A stretch of 63,848 bases of DNA, counting the filler, from Octopus bimaculoides (taxonomy: Eukaryota): the NCBI RefSeq assembly GCF_001194135.2. It is 5 parts of 5 records of this genome, joined end to end, with 100 filler letters (N's around TTAATTAATTAA, not from the genome) between each part and the next. Parts side by side here need not be neighbours in the genome. Positions count along the whole stretch, not along the records: positions 40,295 to 57,248 come from NC_068986.1; positions 57,349 to 62,605 come from NC_068981.1; positions 62,706 to 63,848 come from NW_026431075.1; 2 more parts are not named here. One strand, written 5' to 3'. The notes under the pieces were generated by a model. The model ran no database searches. It was not told the origin of the DNA and saw only the letters and a list, made by a program, of their open reading frames with translations. Position numbers and translations under genes: made by a program. Position 1 is the first letter of the stretch; the number at the start of each line of letters is the position of its first letter. Below are positions 50,316-62,899 of this stretch, piece after piece.

Positions 50316-51168
50316 NNNNNNNNNNNNNNNNNNNNNNNNNNNNNNNNNNNNNNNNNNNNNNNNNNNNNNNNNNNNNNNNNNNNNNNNNNNNNNNNNNNNN
50401 NNNNNNNNNNNNNNNNNNNNNNNNNNNNNNNNNNNNNNNNNNNNNNNNNNNNNNNNNNNNNNNNNNNNNNNNNNNNNNNNNNNATATATATATATATATA
50501 TATATATACATAACATTATGTATTCAAAAACAATGTGCATTTATACGTACTCAGTCATCGTGTATAGTTACAAATCTATACACACTGAGGCATGTAAGTT
50601 ATACTGCCATAAGTTTTAAATATAGACACATTATGGATTTTAGCCACACATGCATGCATGCACAATATGCGTATACATATACAAATACACACAGGGAAAT
50701 AAACATGCTCAGAATATTTAGCGTGAAATTGTCGTGAAAAAGTTTTCAATTAACTCCCTTTCATATATTGCGTGTTTATGTATGTATGTCTCTTCTATTT
50801 TTTAATTATTATAAATCTTCCAGTGAGGAGGGAGCCGGTTTCCAACAAAGATACAAATCTCCATCTTTGGGATGTAGTTAATACAGACAAATTCACATTT
50901 GGAATTTGACAAAAGTCTTGCATATTTTTACTGTTCTACTCACAGGCTGCACTTATAATGTACGAATTAGCCGGTAGATTTCCCTTTCTTAAAATCCCAG
51001 TTTATCCAGATTCTCATTTAAACATTTACTAAAAAAACCTAGTGTTCCAATTATTATTGATATGAATATGAATTCATAGTCCACATATAGAAGCTGGAGG
51101 TTTCGAAGCAGTTGTCCATAGATATCCCCCTTTTTTTATTTTCAAAGAGATATTTATGTGTATGTATG

Positions 51169-51200
<32 letters not shown>

Positions 51201-51599
51201 TGTATAGGGGTGATGTGGAATTATTTGGCATGTGGGTAATCTAAAACATATTTTTAGCAGAAAATGTAATCTGGGGACCTGTATGTCCTATCTTACAAGA
51301 ACTTCTGTTACTACCTTTCAGCTATATTGGTGTCAAGTTAATACAGCAATATTTAGTTTGTTTAATAAATAAAAGTAGTCGGGAATCAACACTGCTGTGT
51401 GTTGATTGTTTATCAGAAAGTAAGCAGAAAGGGGCCGGAAATAATTTGCCTCTTACGGTTCATTTTGTATTCTTTGCGTATGCTGTGATCGTTACTGTGT
51501 GTGGTTACTAGGCACATCATAGATGTTAGATGGAACATGTTCCAACTGATTCTACTGTCGTACTAGCAGTACGTCAACATAAGATGTCTTTAAGAGCTT

Positions 51600-51910
51600 T
51601 ATATGTGAATATGATAATCAAGTCTTGGTTGAAGACAACCCAGTTTTGAATGGAGAATAAGATGTTTCACAAAGACTAGTTGCATCATTATCATTTTTTA
51701 ACGAAACAATAGAACATAAATATACAGACCTTTCAAATACGGAAGTGGGAGCTCATGTGCCTTTTACGATGAAGAAAGTGCTGCGATATCATGATGAAAT
51801 GCACAGAAACGAAGTAACAAATTAAATCTTGAAACGTGTTCCAAACAAAGATTTAGTGCGCTCCAAATTCACCAGGGCAGATAATGCTCAACTATTCATA
51901 CATAAAGGAG
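51600..51910 (+). pseudogene. Possible degenerate mariner transposase
   Basis: VLVEDNP...SQRL...GAHVPF resembles the LVEENP...WVPH region, and ADNAQ resembles HDNA. Confidence 0.35.
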
Positions 51911-52894
51911 ATCAGTTTTAAACTGTCCGTTCAGCCCAACAGTAAGAGAGCAGAAACACGTGTTTATCGTTGACCTGTGCACAATTCAGAGTAAATATAT
52001 ACAAAAAAAACATGCGATGAACCAATATACCTTATATATAGGTGACAAATCAAAGTAATAGCCATGCGTAGATGTAGTTATCTGATAAAACTGGAATTGA
52101 AAACTGAAATGATGTCAACATAATTCTTGAATTGTTCTATTAATATTCAATTATTCCAACACCCCATATTCCATATTCCAACTTATCCAATAGTAATCTC
52201 GAATGTAAACATCTGAAATTACTCTACTTTGATTGGCTGACAAAAATTACTTATTTCGGGAATCTCTCTAAACTTCTAAGCGTGTTTGCTGATCTTCTTA
52301 TGCATACACGCATCTATGTAAACGGGTATTCTAGATTCGTCCATAGAATTATTTATTGAAAATATATGACCATTTTGCTGAAAAGATTTTTTAACCTAAG
52401 CTACCATATATCTGTGTGTATGAGTGTGTGCATGTGTGTACGTGTGTGTATGTGTGTATGTGTGTGTGCGCGCGCACACGCGTCTATGTGTACCTGACTT
52501 ATATGTTTATATGTTTCAATGTATAGAATTGACACACCCATACATACGAGCACGTATACACTTATGTATTGTATATATAATCTATCATATATATTTTAGA
52601 TAGTTTGTGCATGTCCATCTCATCTTCTTTCTTTTGTATGTGGTCATTGCTCTCTTCAGTAGTCACCGCAGTACTGCGAGTTTCTACTACAATTCATTTT
52701 CAATCTCCTCGTTAAAAGCTTTTCTACTCGAGGTTTTACCTTCTCTCTCTCTTTCTCTTTCTCTCTCTCTCTCACACACTCTCTCTCTCACTCTCTCTCT
52801 CCTTTTCTCTATCTATTTTCCACTATCGCGTGCTTCTGTCTCTCTGTCTCTATCTTTCTCCCTCTGTTTTTCTTTCTCTCACCCTTTATCTCAG

Positions 52895-52936
<42 letters not shown>

Positions 52937-53344
52937 TCTCACGTTCTCTCTCTTTCATTCTCTCATCCTCTTTCCCTTATTCTTTCTCTCTTACTCTCTC
53001 TCTCTTTTCTCTCTCTCTCTCTATTTCACTCTCCCCCTTTTCTGCTTAGTATATAGAGTTTCTACAGCTAGGGTTACTATGTACAGCTCTTCGAAATTTC
53101 TTTTCTAATGATTTCTTATTTTAAACGGAAAATAAGATTTTGCTGATGCGAGTTCAAATTTCTGCTGCGACCAGATGTTGTCATATAAGCTACAATTTGT
53201 ATCAAATGATATTTCCACCACTAATACTTCGCGAAAAAAGAGAGCTTACTACATGCGCACGTTTTGATCTGCTTAATAATTAAGATTTACTCTAATCAAT
53301 TTGATACTATCATATCTACAGTTTCAATACTCTTGCAAGGAGGG

Positions 53345-53548
53345 AAAAATAAACCTTTCCCGTATTATTGATTCCAATTTTTGGTATAATGCCAGAAATT
53401 TCGGGTGAAGGAAGAAATCGATCATATCGACCCCGAAAGGCTGGAAGACAAAATGAACCTTGGCGGAATTTGAATTCAGAACTTAAAGACTTACAAAATG
53501 CCGCTTGCATTTTCCGGTGTGCTACCGATTCTGCTACTTCGCCACCGT
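53345..53548 (-). mobile_element. SINE family A
   Basis: cgaccccgaaagg...ggcggaatttgaattcagaac...gattctgc is the reverse complement of family A. Confidence 0.75.
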
Positions 53549-53599
53549 ACTTAATTGTGTTATTAAAACTCAGATTGTTCTAGGTTTCTGTTGAGAACT

Positions 53600-54670
53600 C
53601 AAATGGAACTCACTTTGCATGGAAGGCGCCAAAAGCACCAACCAGTTTCCTTTTATCAAGAAGAGCTAAACAAGTGAAGCAGCAGAAGATGAAGACATGA
53701 AAAGGACAATAGATGGATAGTTCCCTACTGCTCATTCCTGACAAGATATTTAACGCATACTTTGGGTTCTGCAGTTCCACAAATTCATCAAATATCTTAG
53801 CAAATATTTCCTCATTGTATCTGAGGTTGCAATGTTCTGACAGAGTAAAACTGCCACGGTGAAGTTATCCATTAATTCATCAATTACAATGAGGTTTTTG
53901 TTGCTTTTCCACTTTTGCCTTCATGGAATTGCCTCAGCATTCAACAGTTTGTTGCCCACTTGGAAAAAGGGCAATGAGTTTCGTTGACTCAAGCTATAGC
54001 AGCACATATATAGTCGAATGATTTCTGATGTCGAGAACCCAACATTGTTTCCACACTGATATAGGAGAGTATATCTTTAAGGGACCTGGCTTCACGAGAG
54101 CCGTATTAGTTGTATAGAAATATCATGAGGAGATGCATTAATTTTTGAAACTATCGAGAGCAACTAGAATGAATAAATGATAATTGCTTTTGTTTGTACT
54201 TCTTACTCTTGTCACAAAGTTCTGCTGCAGTAGAGGCAAATTCCCCTCCTCTAACATACAGTATTTTGTTTCCAATTCGGCGTCGTCTGGTTGACTCCTC
54301 CCATGGATATTATTACAATAAATCATACATTAACAAATTTATTTATTACATTTCCATCATATTGATTTAGTTACAATATCAGGATCAATGCATCTCTTTA
54401 AGATCGATAAAAATGTTTCGTGTAATATATGAAAACAGCGTGATCAAATTATCGAATATAACTGCGTGTAATATTCAGTGTCGCGTAATTTTTTTCCAAG
54501 TGACATCGTCTGGAAAATAGTTCGTACCCTTTTCCTTTGGATGATGCCAGTGAGTGCGATAGAAGTATCCCTCGTATCGAATTTTTATCATCCTACCATC
54601 GTTTATACTGTCTTTCGTCAGGCGTATTTTATATTTATTCAATGTATCCATTTAAAGACGTAAGAGTTAA
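53600..54670 (-). mobile_element. piggyBac-like transposase remnant
   Basis: Frameshifted motifs GKGYELF, MGGVNQ (for MGGVD), KSKKY.KQL and HLFILVALDSF are in the expected order. A TTAA-ctctt terminus-like sequence lies at 54662-54670. Confidence 0.5.
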
Positions 54671-55609
54671 ATTCTAAGGAAAGTTAGTGGCTAATTCATA
54701 AAAGGTGAGTGACTACATTAAAGCTTCTCCGACAAACATTAAAAAATAATTATATATATGTAGAAAATTTACTGTAACACTAGTAGAAATAACCTGACAC
54801 TATGAGATGCACATACTACCCACAAATGTAAAGATTCTGTTTGAATGTGAGTGCGTGTAAACGTTTGTGCGCGCGTATGTATGTGATTCTAATTATTTCA
54901 TAGTACTTTTTTAAAAATTCAAATATTTAATACAATCGTTTTCACCAGAAATCCAGAACCGCCAAGACCATTTAATTACTCAGCAGTTAATAATAACTGT
55001 GCAATTAATCTTGGAGATAATCTTGAGAAAATGTCTTCATTATCGTAAAAGGTAAAGCAAGTTTTCACAAAAATTATGTAAAACTATCACTTTGACATTT
55101 TTTTTATCTAGAATGCTAAATGTCTTATTTATTTTTTAGATGTTTCAGCATAATATAGAAGTTTGTCTGAAGATGTTGAGTTTCCAATTCACGTATTGAT
55201 CGAGGGATAGATTACCGTTATTCAAAGTTGGTGTTGAATTATGTTCCTTTCGACATTAAAGAGTTAATCGGTTCAACGTAATTTGTGAGTGCATTCACTC
55301 ACCGTCAAAATTCATATAAAATTGTGAAATGATCTGAAATAAGGAGCAAGAAATCACCTCATATAATTACCGCTTTCAATACAAATGGATAAAAAGATTT
55401 CTTTAAGTGGCCAACTATATTTATTTATATACTATTGGTTTATCAGCAATGTAAGTCTGAAAATTACCGACTACTAAACAATTATATGCAGAATCTACAC
55501 ATGCACAATAGAGACACACACCCATAAATACATCCCCCATACATGTATATGATATATGATATATATTTATTATATATCATATATCATAATAAATACATAT
55601 AATCATATA

Positions 55610-55648
<39 letters not shown>

Positions 55649-56442
55649 TAATATGTATATATATANNNNNNNNNNNNNNNNNNNNNNNNNNNNNNNNNNN
55701 NNNNNNNNNNNNNNNNNNNNNNNNNNNNNNNNNNNNNNNNNNNNNNNNNNNNNNNNNNNNNNNNNNNNNNNNNNNNNNNNNNNNNNNNNNNNNNNNNNNN
55801 NNNNNNNNNNNNNNNNNNNNNNNNNNNNNNNNNNNNNNNNNNNNNNNNNNNNNNNNNNNNNNNNNNNNNNNNNNNNNNNNNNNNNNNNNNNNNNNNNNNN
55901 NNNNNNNNNNNNNNNNNNNNNNNNNNNNNNNNNNNNNNNNNNNNNNNNNNNNNNNNNNNNNNNNNNNNNNNNNNNNNNNNNNNNNNNNNNNNNNNNNNNN
56001 NNNNNNNNNNNNNNNNNNNNNNNNNNNNNNNNNNNNNNNNNNNNNNNNNNNNNNNNNNNNNNNNNNNNNNNNNNNNNNNNNNNNNNNNNNNNNNNNNNNN
56101 NNNNNNNNNNNNNNNNNNNNNNNNNNNNNNNNNNNNNNNNNNNNNNNNNNNNNNNNNNNNNNNNNNNNNNNNNNNNNNNNNNNNNNNNNNNNNNNNNNNN
56201 NNNNNNNNNNNNNNNNNNNNNNNNNNNNNNNNNNNNNNNNNNNNNNNNNNNNNNNNNNNNNNNNNNNNNNNNNNNNNNNNNNNNNNNNNNNNNNNNNNNN
56301 NNNNNNNNNNNNNNNNNNNNNNNNNNNNNNNNNNNNNNNNNNNNNNNNNNNNNNNNNNNNNNNNNNNNNNNNNNNNNNNNNNNNNNNNNNNNNNNNNNNN
56401 NNNNNNNNNNNNNNNNNNNNNNNNNNNNNNNNNNNNNNNNNN

Positions 56443-56524
<82 letters not shown>

Positions 56525-57204
56525 TATATGATGATACACCCGCAGATGGAAGCAAACATATTTCATGAGCAATATACCTGCGGATATTTCAGCAATAAAA
56601 CTATTACGGTAAACTAAAACCATTACCTTCAGAACAGGTTCTGGTAAAAATAGTACTTCTCATATGACCGATGAATATTGAAGATTTTGAAGAAACTTAT
56701 TGGAATCCAGATATTTGCATTACATTTTCTACTGATTCAATTTATTCTATCACTCATATATGCATGTATGTATGTATGTTTGTATGTATGTTTGTGTGAG
56801 TGAGTGTGTGTTTGTGTATATGTTAGTGCGTGTGTGAAGCTTGAGCGTTTGAGTTTATGTCAATCTGTGTGTTTTTGTGTTAGACAGAGAGAGAGAAAAT
56901 TCGCTTTTCTGGAGTTAAATGGTTGCTTTTAAATATATTAAGACACAATTTTATCGTATAATGATACTTCCCTTAAGCACAAGACGTTAAGTCTAAATGG
57001 AATTCGTTTCGAAGAGTGAAGGAGTGTCAGATGGCCAAACATTTCCTAGAGGCAAAAGTAACATAAATGAAATGAATTAGCTTCAAATATCCTTCTAAAA
57101 CAAGACCACATACTCGGCTTATCGGGAGTTTCATTGTTGCACAACGACGCTCGATAGCGTTGTGCTTTGTCCTCATTTCTCTCTCTTTTTCACTTTATCT
57201 CTCG

Positions 57205-57248
<44 letters not shown>

Positions 57249-57360
57249 NNNNNNNNNNNNNNNNNNNNNNNNNNNNNNNNNNNNNNNNNNNNTTAATTAA
57301 TTAANNNNNNNNNNNNNNNNNNNNNNNNNNNNNNNNNNNNNNNNNNNNATATATATATAC

Positions 57361-57668
57361 AGGAGTACTCTGTCGATTATGACGATGAGAATCCCAGCTG
57401 ATACGATCAACGGAACAGCTTGCTCATGAAATGAACGGGCAAGTGGCTGAGCACTCCACAGATACGTGTACCCTTAACATAGTTCTCAGGGAGATTCAGC
57501 GTGACACAGAGTGTGAGAAAGCAGGCCTTTTGAAATACAGGTACTATTCATTTTTGCCTGCTGAGTGAACTGGAGCAACATGAAATAAAGTGTCGACCTC
57601 AACGTGTTCCCGGAAATTGAACTCACGATCGTGAGTCCGATGCCCTAACCACTAAACCACGCGCCTTC
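57361..57668 (-). mobile_element. SINE family C, near full length
   Basis: tRNA-like head on minus (aggcgcgtggtttagtggttagggcatcgg...gagttcaattccgg), core tttatttcatgttgctccag. Body shared with ~20900-21025. Confidence 0.8.
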
Positions 57669-57678
57669 ACTATATGTA

Positions 57679-57912
57679 TCTACTATATTTGTGAAAAGGG
57701 TGGACGCTGTCTCACGAGCAGTTGTGCAGGCAAAAGTGTTAGTAAATGTGGTCGGATTGACCTGAAAATTTGCACACGTATGTTAAAAGTGCTGGGGAGT
57801 TTGCATGGCAACGTTGAGTTTGCTCAATTGAAATGCATGGCCTCTAAGCAAAAATCTTCATCTTTAACACGTGTTCCGAATAGACTCGAATGAAATCGCG
57901 TTATAATACTAG
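57679..57912 (+). mobile_element. Short non-autonomous Helitron-like element
   Basis: A|TCtactatat...aataCTAG|T boundaries fit Helitron A|T insertion. The internal ggattgacctgaaaatttgcacac motif is typical of such elements, but the subterminal hairpin is weak. Confidence 0.55.
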
Positions 57913-58496
57913 TATCTATATATATANNNNNNNNNNNNNNNNNNNNNNNNNNNGAGAAAGCTACTATGGAAAATGCATAGTATAATAATAACTGTATACT
58001 AACTGTATATAATATATATCATAATGATATTTATTCTCCGATTTGAAAGGTATCTTTTTTTTAAATATAAACAAATGACTGAAAAATGGTGAACTAACCT
58101 CAGACTGAATCGAACTCATAAATCGATGCTTTCATGGTTCCTTGCGAATCTGATTGGCTTAACGCTGACCCATCAATTGCAATCAAATTTAGTTAATATA
58201 TATTTAAACTGTCTTGATACTACATAAATAATATTTTTATAAACAAACCCGAAAGGCTTTGTGAGTTACGGAGAGAAAGCTACTATGGAAAATGCATAGT
58301 ATAATAATAACTGTATACTAACTGTATATAATATATATCATAATGATATTTATTCTCCATTTTATAGCGACAGTTTTTAAAATATATATGCTTTAAAAAA
58401 TAGCATTTCTTTGTTTTAGCAGGTATCCATATTTACAAATGACTATTAACACTCACATAATCATTTGCATTATTCATATATACACACAAACATATC

Positions 58497-58659
58497 AGGG
58501 GCGGACCCAAGGATGGTGGGCCTGAGGGGAACGTGCCTCCCCACTCAAGAAAAGAAGTTCACTCTTCTAAATGTTATTACGCCCTTTTCTCCCGGAATTG
58601 CATTCCCTTCTGACCTTGTGCTTCACCCCGGCTTCCAAAAATTCTTGGGACCGCGCCAG
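58497..58659. mobile_element. PIF/Harbinger-like MITE
   Basis: GC-rich island bounded by aggggcggacccaag and cttgggaccgcgccag (imperfect TIRs). Confidence 0.55.
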
Positions 58660-59289
58660 CACTAACACATATATATATATATAGACACGCACACACACAA
58701 ACACACACTTAAACACACGACACACACACACAGACACACACAAATACACACTCATATATATATATATATATATATTCATTATACATGAAATTTATTATCG
58801 GGGGCAAAAGCTATGATGGATTTTATTCTGTTTTATCTTTTATACGATTAATTTCATGTATTTTTTTTATTTCAGTTAACTTGTCTGCATATGTCGTAAT
58901 ACAGTATTAAGCAATTATTTGTTTTTCTTCCTTGTGATGCTGCTAGTCAAGTGCAATTAATAGAATCCAGTGTCTTGAAATAGGAGATTTTCTACGCCGT
59001 ACTTAAACGTAACACCTGTATCATGACCTTTTAACTGCTATTGGATTTTGATATTGATATTTGATATAAATATCACTTTGATACGCAGGAACGGCTTTGT
59101 GTCATTGGGAATATTAAAACACTAGCAGTAATGTCTTTCCCGGTTTGACCCCCATCTCTCACTAACCTCGAGGAAATGTGCTTTGCCATTGACTCAGAGC
59201 GACCAAAACCTTGTCAATGATAGAGTCCAAAAGACAACGATTCATATCTTCCTTTTTCGTATTTAGGCATTGAATTTTGCGACCATATT

Positions 59290-59860
59290 GGAGAACCGCC
59301 TTGAAGTGTTTAGTCAAACAAATTGACTCCAGCACTTACTTCTTTATTGCCTACTAGAGGCTAAACATAGAGGGAAAAAACAAGGGCAGACAAAGGGATT
59401 AAATCGATTACATCGACCCTAGTGCGTGACTGGTACTTCTTTAATCGACACTGAAAAGAGGAAAGACAAAGTCGACCTCGGTGGAGTTTGAACTCCAGCA
59501 CTTATTATTTTAAGTCTTACAACCTCACTGAATTGATAAAATGATTAACTTAAGTGAATATCAATGAATGATGACAGAAGACCTAATAACTCGACTCCCA
59601 GAGAGTCTGTCTCTTGTTGGTTAAATGCAAAGCTAACAGATTTTTAATCGGATGCAATTTTTGTTTGTTTATCTTTTACTTGTTCCAGTCATTGGCCTGT
59701 GACCATGCTTGGCGTGACGCTTTCAAGGGTTGAGTCGAATAAATTGCTCCCAGTACATATTTTTTTTTAAATCTGGTAATTGTTCTATTGGTCTCATTTG
59801 CCAAAGTTCCTAGTCGGTTTTTAGGCGGTGGTGGGAGACACAAACTCATAACAACAAATA
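59290..59860 (-). mobile_element. SINE family A (59290-59510) and family B tail (59655-59860) fragments
   Basis: aaagtcgacctcggtggagtttgaactc; ttccagtcattggcctgtgaccatgctt...gtcgaataaattgctcccag. Confidence 0.65.
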
Positions 59861-60196
59861 CACACATCTATCTATCCATCTATCTATCCATCTATCTATC
59901 TATCTATCTGTGTGTGTATTTGTCACTAAAGTGACTTAGGGGCTATTCAGCACCAGTATTGCTAGAAATAAGAGTCAAAACAACTCGTAGCCACAATAAC
60001 GCACCGTCTTATTTATTGACAAGGAAGGCAAGCTCTCTAAGCACAGGGCGCAGCCAGATCACCAATGATTCTCATTTACAGTTATGCTCATCAGCGGCTC
60101 CTACCAGCGCCTTGGATTAAACTCAACTCGCCATGTCAGCTTATAAGATCACCGTAGAATTCATACGCTGATTTCATAAATAATAAAGGTGTAAAT

Positions 60197-60510
60197 TATA
60201 AATAATAAGGGTGACTTCTTAGCAATTTTTAAACCGAAAGGCAAAAATATATACGTTACTAAAGTGACTGAAGGCGCTATTCAGCACTAGTATTGCTAGA
60301 AATAAGAGACAAAACAACTCATAGTCACAGTCTGAGGGAGGTTGCTTCCCTTGGCAGTAAATAAGACAGTGCGTTATTGTGGCTATAAGTTGTTTTGACT
60401 CTTATTTCTAGCAATACTGGTGCTGACTTGTGCCCTCTGTCACTTTAGTGACGTATATATTTTTGCCTTTCGGTTGAAAAATTGCTAACAAGCTACCCTT
60501 ATTATTCATA
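60197..60510. mobile_element. Foldback/MITE with ~130-bp TIRs (extra left arm at 59922-60025)
   Basis: 60197-60329 pairs imperfectly with 60378-60510. Ends abut TA/(TA)n. Related arms occur at 45051-45120 and ~49150-49314. Confidence 0.8.
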
Positions 60511-61424
60511 TATATATATATATATGTATGTGCATAGACACACACACATGAGTTACCACAATTTCCGTCTTCCAAATTCACTCACCAGGCATTGGTCCGT
60601 CTGAGACGATACAGAAAGACACTTGCCTAAGGTGCCAGCTGGTAGTCTAAAACCAGATGACGGATTACGTGCAGTGACTCAGAAGTACCGCCCTTTTAAA
60701 AGTGTCACCGAAGCAGGCCGACCTCCTCGATACCATTTAGTCACGCTACTGGTTAAGTGTAACTCAGAAGGTCATAGTGGGATTCGACTTGCGAAAGCTA
60801 AGAGCCGAAATAAATACGGCAAGGCTTCCAATCCGACACTCTCACAGTTCCGCCAATCTATCGCCTTGGATTGGTACTTCATTTTACCGATCCTGAAGGA
60901 ATGTAAGACGAAGCTGACTTCAGCGATATTAAATCAGGGCATAGAAAGTTGGACCAAATACCGTTAAGTATTGTAACCGACGTACATAGCAGTGATTCGC
61001 GTTAAAGAATAGGAACAGTAACAATGTCCAGATGGAAAAATCCCATGGAAGATAAAATCTTGCACAATTATTCTGTTTTCGGGATCGTGTGATAGCTAGA
61101 TCGTGGCATGCCACTCGGAGCAGCACATCAGTTTTACGCACCCTATTCCCCGATCAATACAACCTATACAGGTTTACGCAGCAGGACTGAAAATTCCACC
61201 GGCGCGGAGCGTCCTTTTCCTGGCTAAGCTACTAATTCGGGGCTATATTAACCAATGTACAATTTTCCTTATGTACAATTTTCCTTAAGATAGTAAGATG
61301 TGATATAAGGCAGATTTGGCTGTTTTCCTAGCAGTTGATGTGACCGAGTAGAGGTTCCCTCGTTGATTCATATGTTTACTTAAGTGTTTCAAAGTAAAAT
61401 GTTTCATAGTTAAGTTAAAAATCA

Positions 61425-61686
61425 CTGTTCGATATTTAAGAGATGAGGAATTATGTACATTATTTACATTCGACGGATATTTGTCCTCATCTCGGCTGAT
61501 ATACCCTCCAGCCTCCTCCAGGTTCTCATTCCTAAGGTATTTTTCGATGTTATTATTATTATTATTATTGTTGTTGTTGTTGTTATTCAGGTCACTGCTT
61601 GGAATCGAACTCGGAATCTTGGGGTTAGTAGCCCGCGCTCTTAACCACTACGCCATATGACCGTGGGCATATGGCATTGTGGTTAA
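61425..61686 (-). mobile_element. tRNA-headed SINE-like element, copy 2 (complete head, HHR core disrupted)
   Basis: Minus strand ggcgtagtggttaagagcgcgggctactaaccccaagattccgagttcgattcc (A and B boxes), then (AAC/AAT)n, the retained stem II ggctg-gagggtatat-cagcc and the same tail as 17850-17890. Confidence 0.8.
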
Positions 61687-62899
61687 AAATCACACACAAA
61701 TAAAATCAACTTTGAGAGCCACTATTGTAAGTATTATGCTTATAAATCTTAGGAAATGCATTAATGCAACCCCCCCCCCATTTCTCCCTATACTAAATCC
61801 CTACCTTCAGCTTATAGAAATAGCAAGCAAATCTCTATGAAATCACACTTTCCTAACGTTTTAAAGAATGTAACAAAAATGAGAAAATATATATTGGATA
61901 AGATAATCCAAGATACCGTATGCCTGGAAAACAATAATAAGCACACGTGTGGTCACTTAGGGATCGTCTTTGATCAATACTTTCGGTCAGAGCTAACATC
62001 AACAAAGACATTTAGCGCTAATTATGGAGAGTCAAGCAGAAATTAGACATACAGTGTTTTGACTTTCGATACTTGCTTGATATGTATTTCCTTTATAAAA
62101 TAATTAAGGTTTTCTTTCAATTTTTCTTCTTTTTTTTTCTTTCTATGCGTTTTTCTATTATATTTCCCTTGAAGTAGGATAGTAATATTGAACTAGGAAA
62201 TGATCTATGCGAAAGAATCGTGTGTCTGCGCCAGTGCCTGAGTAAACTGATAATTACAGTCGCAATACACAAAGAAAACAAAGAGAAAAGGCAGAAATAA
62301 ATACATTCAAATACTAGCTGTTGTTAGATAGCCAGCATCGTACAAACAAAATTATGGAAAATCCAACACCCATTATGGAATAAATATTTTTTTCTAAAAA
62401 CGGGTTATACCATTGCTATTGCAATAGTGATTATGGTGAAGACAATCAAATAGTAGGTTCTGAGTTCAAATTCCGCAGAGGTCACCACTGCGTTTCGTCC
62501 CTTCGGAGTCGATAAAATAAAGTTCTAGTCTAGTACTGAGCCAATACTATTGAATAACCTTCTCCCCTCAAAACCGCTGGCATTACGATAAGTTAGAAAG
62601 AATTCNNNNNNNNNNNNNNNNNNNNNNNNNNNNNNNNNNNNNNNNNNNNTTAATTAATTAANNNNNNNNNNNNNNNNNNNNNNNNNNNNNNNNNNNNNNN
62701 NNNNNATAATAATAATAATAATAATAATAATGTGTGTGTATGTGTGTGTGTGTATTATGAAAAATATAAGAAGACTGTTTAGAAGATCGCTATGCTACAA
62801 GGTTTGTGTTCAACTGCAAAACGCCAGAGAAATTTATGACTAGTTTTGAATGAAACTGTAAGAGCCATGGTCTGTTTTTCGCTGGCACAAAAAGTTTTG

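Noticed and set aside
1222-56623. Long ORFs made of HTHT/CVCV/YIYI/X runs in the supplied track
   Set aside because: They are translations of microsatellites and N-gaps, not genes.
56618-56631. Possible 14-nt minus-strand microexon (AG|AACCTGTTCTGAAG|GTAATG)
   Set aside because: Such matches arise by chance in 64 kb of AT-rich DNA, and there are no partner exons to test the frame.
61590-61660. tRNA gene
   Set aside because: It has A/B boxes and an anticodon-like loop but no acceptor stem, and it is embedded in a repeat. It is a SINE head.
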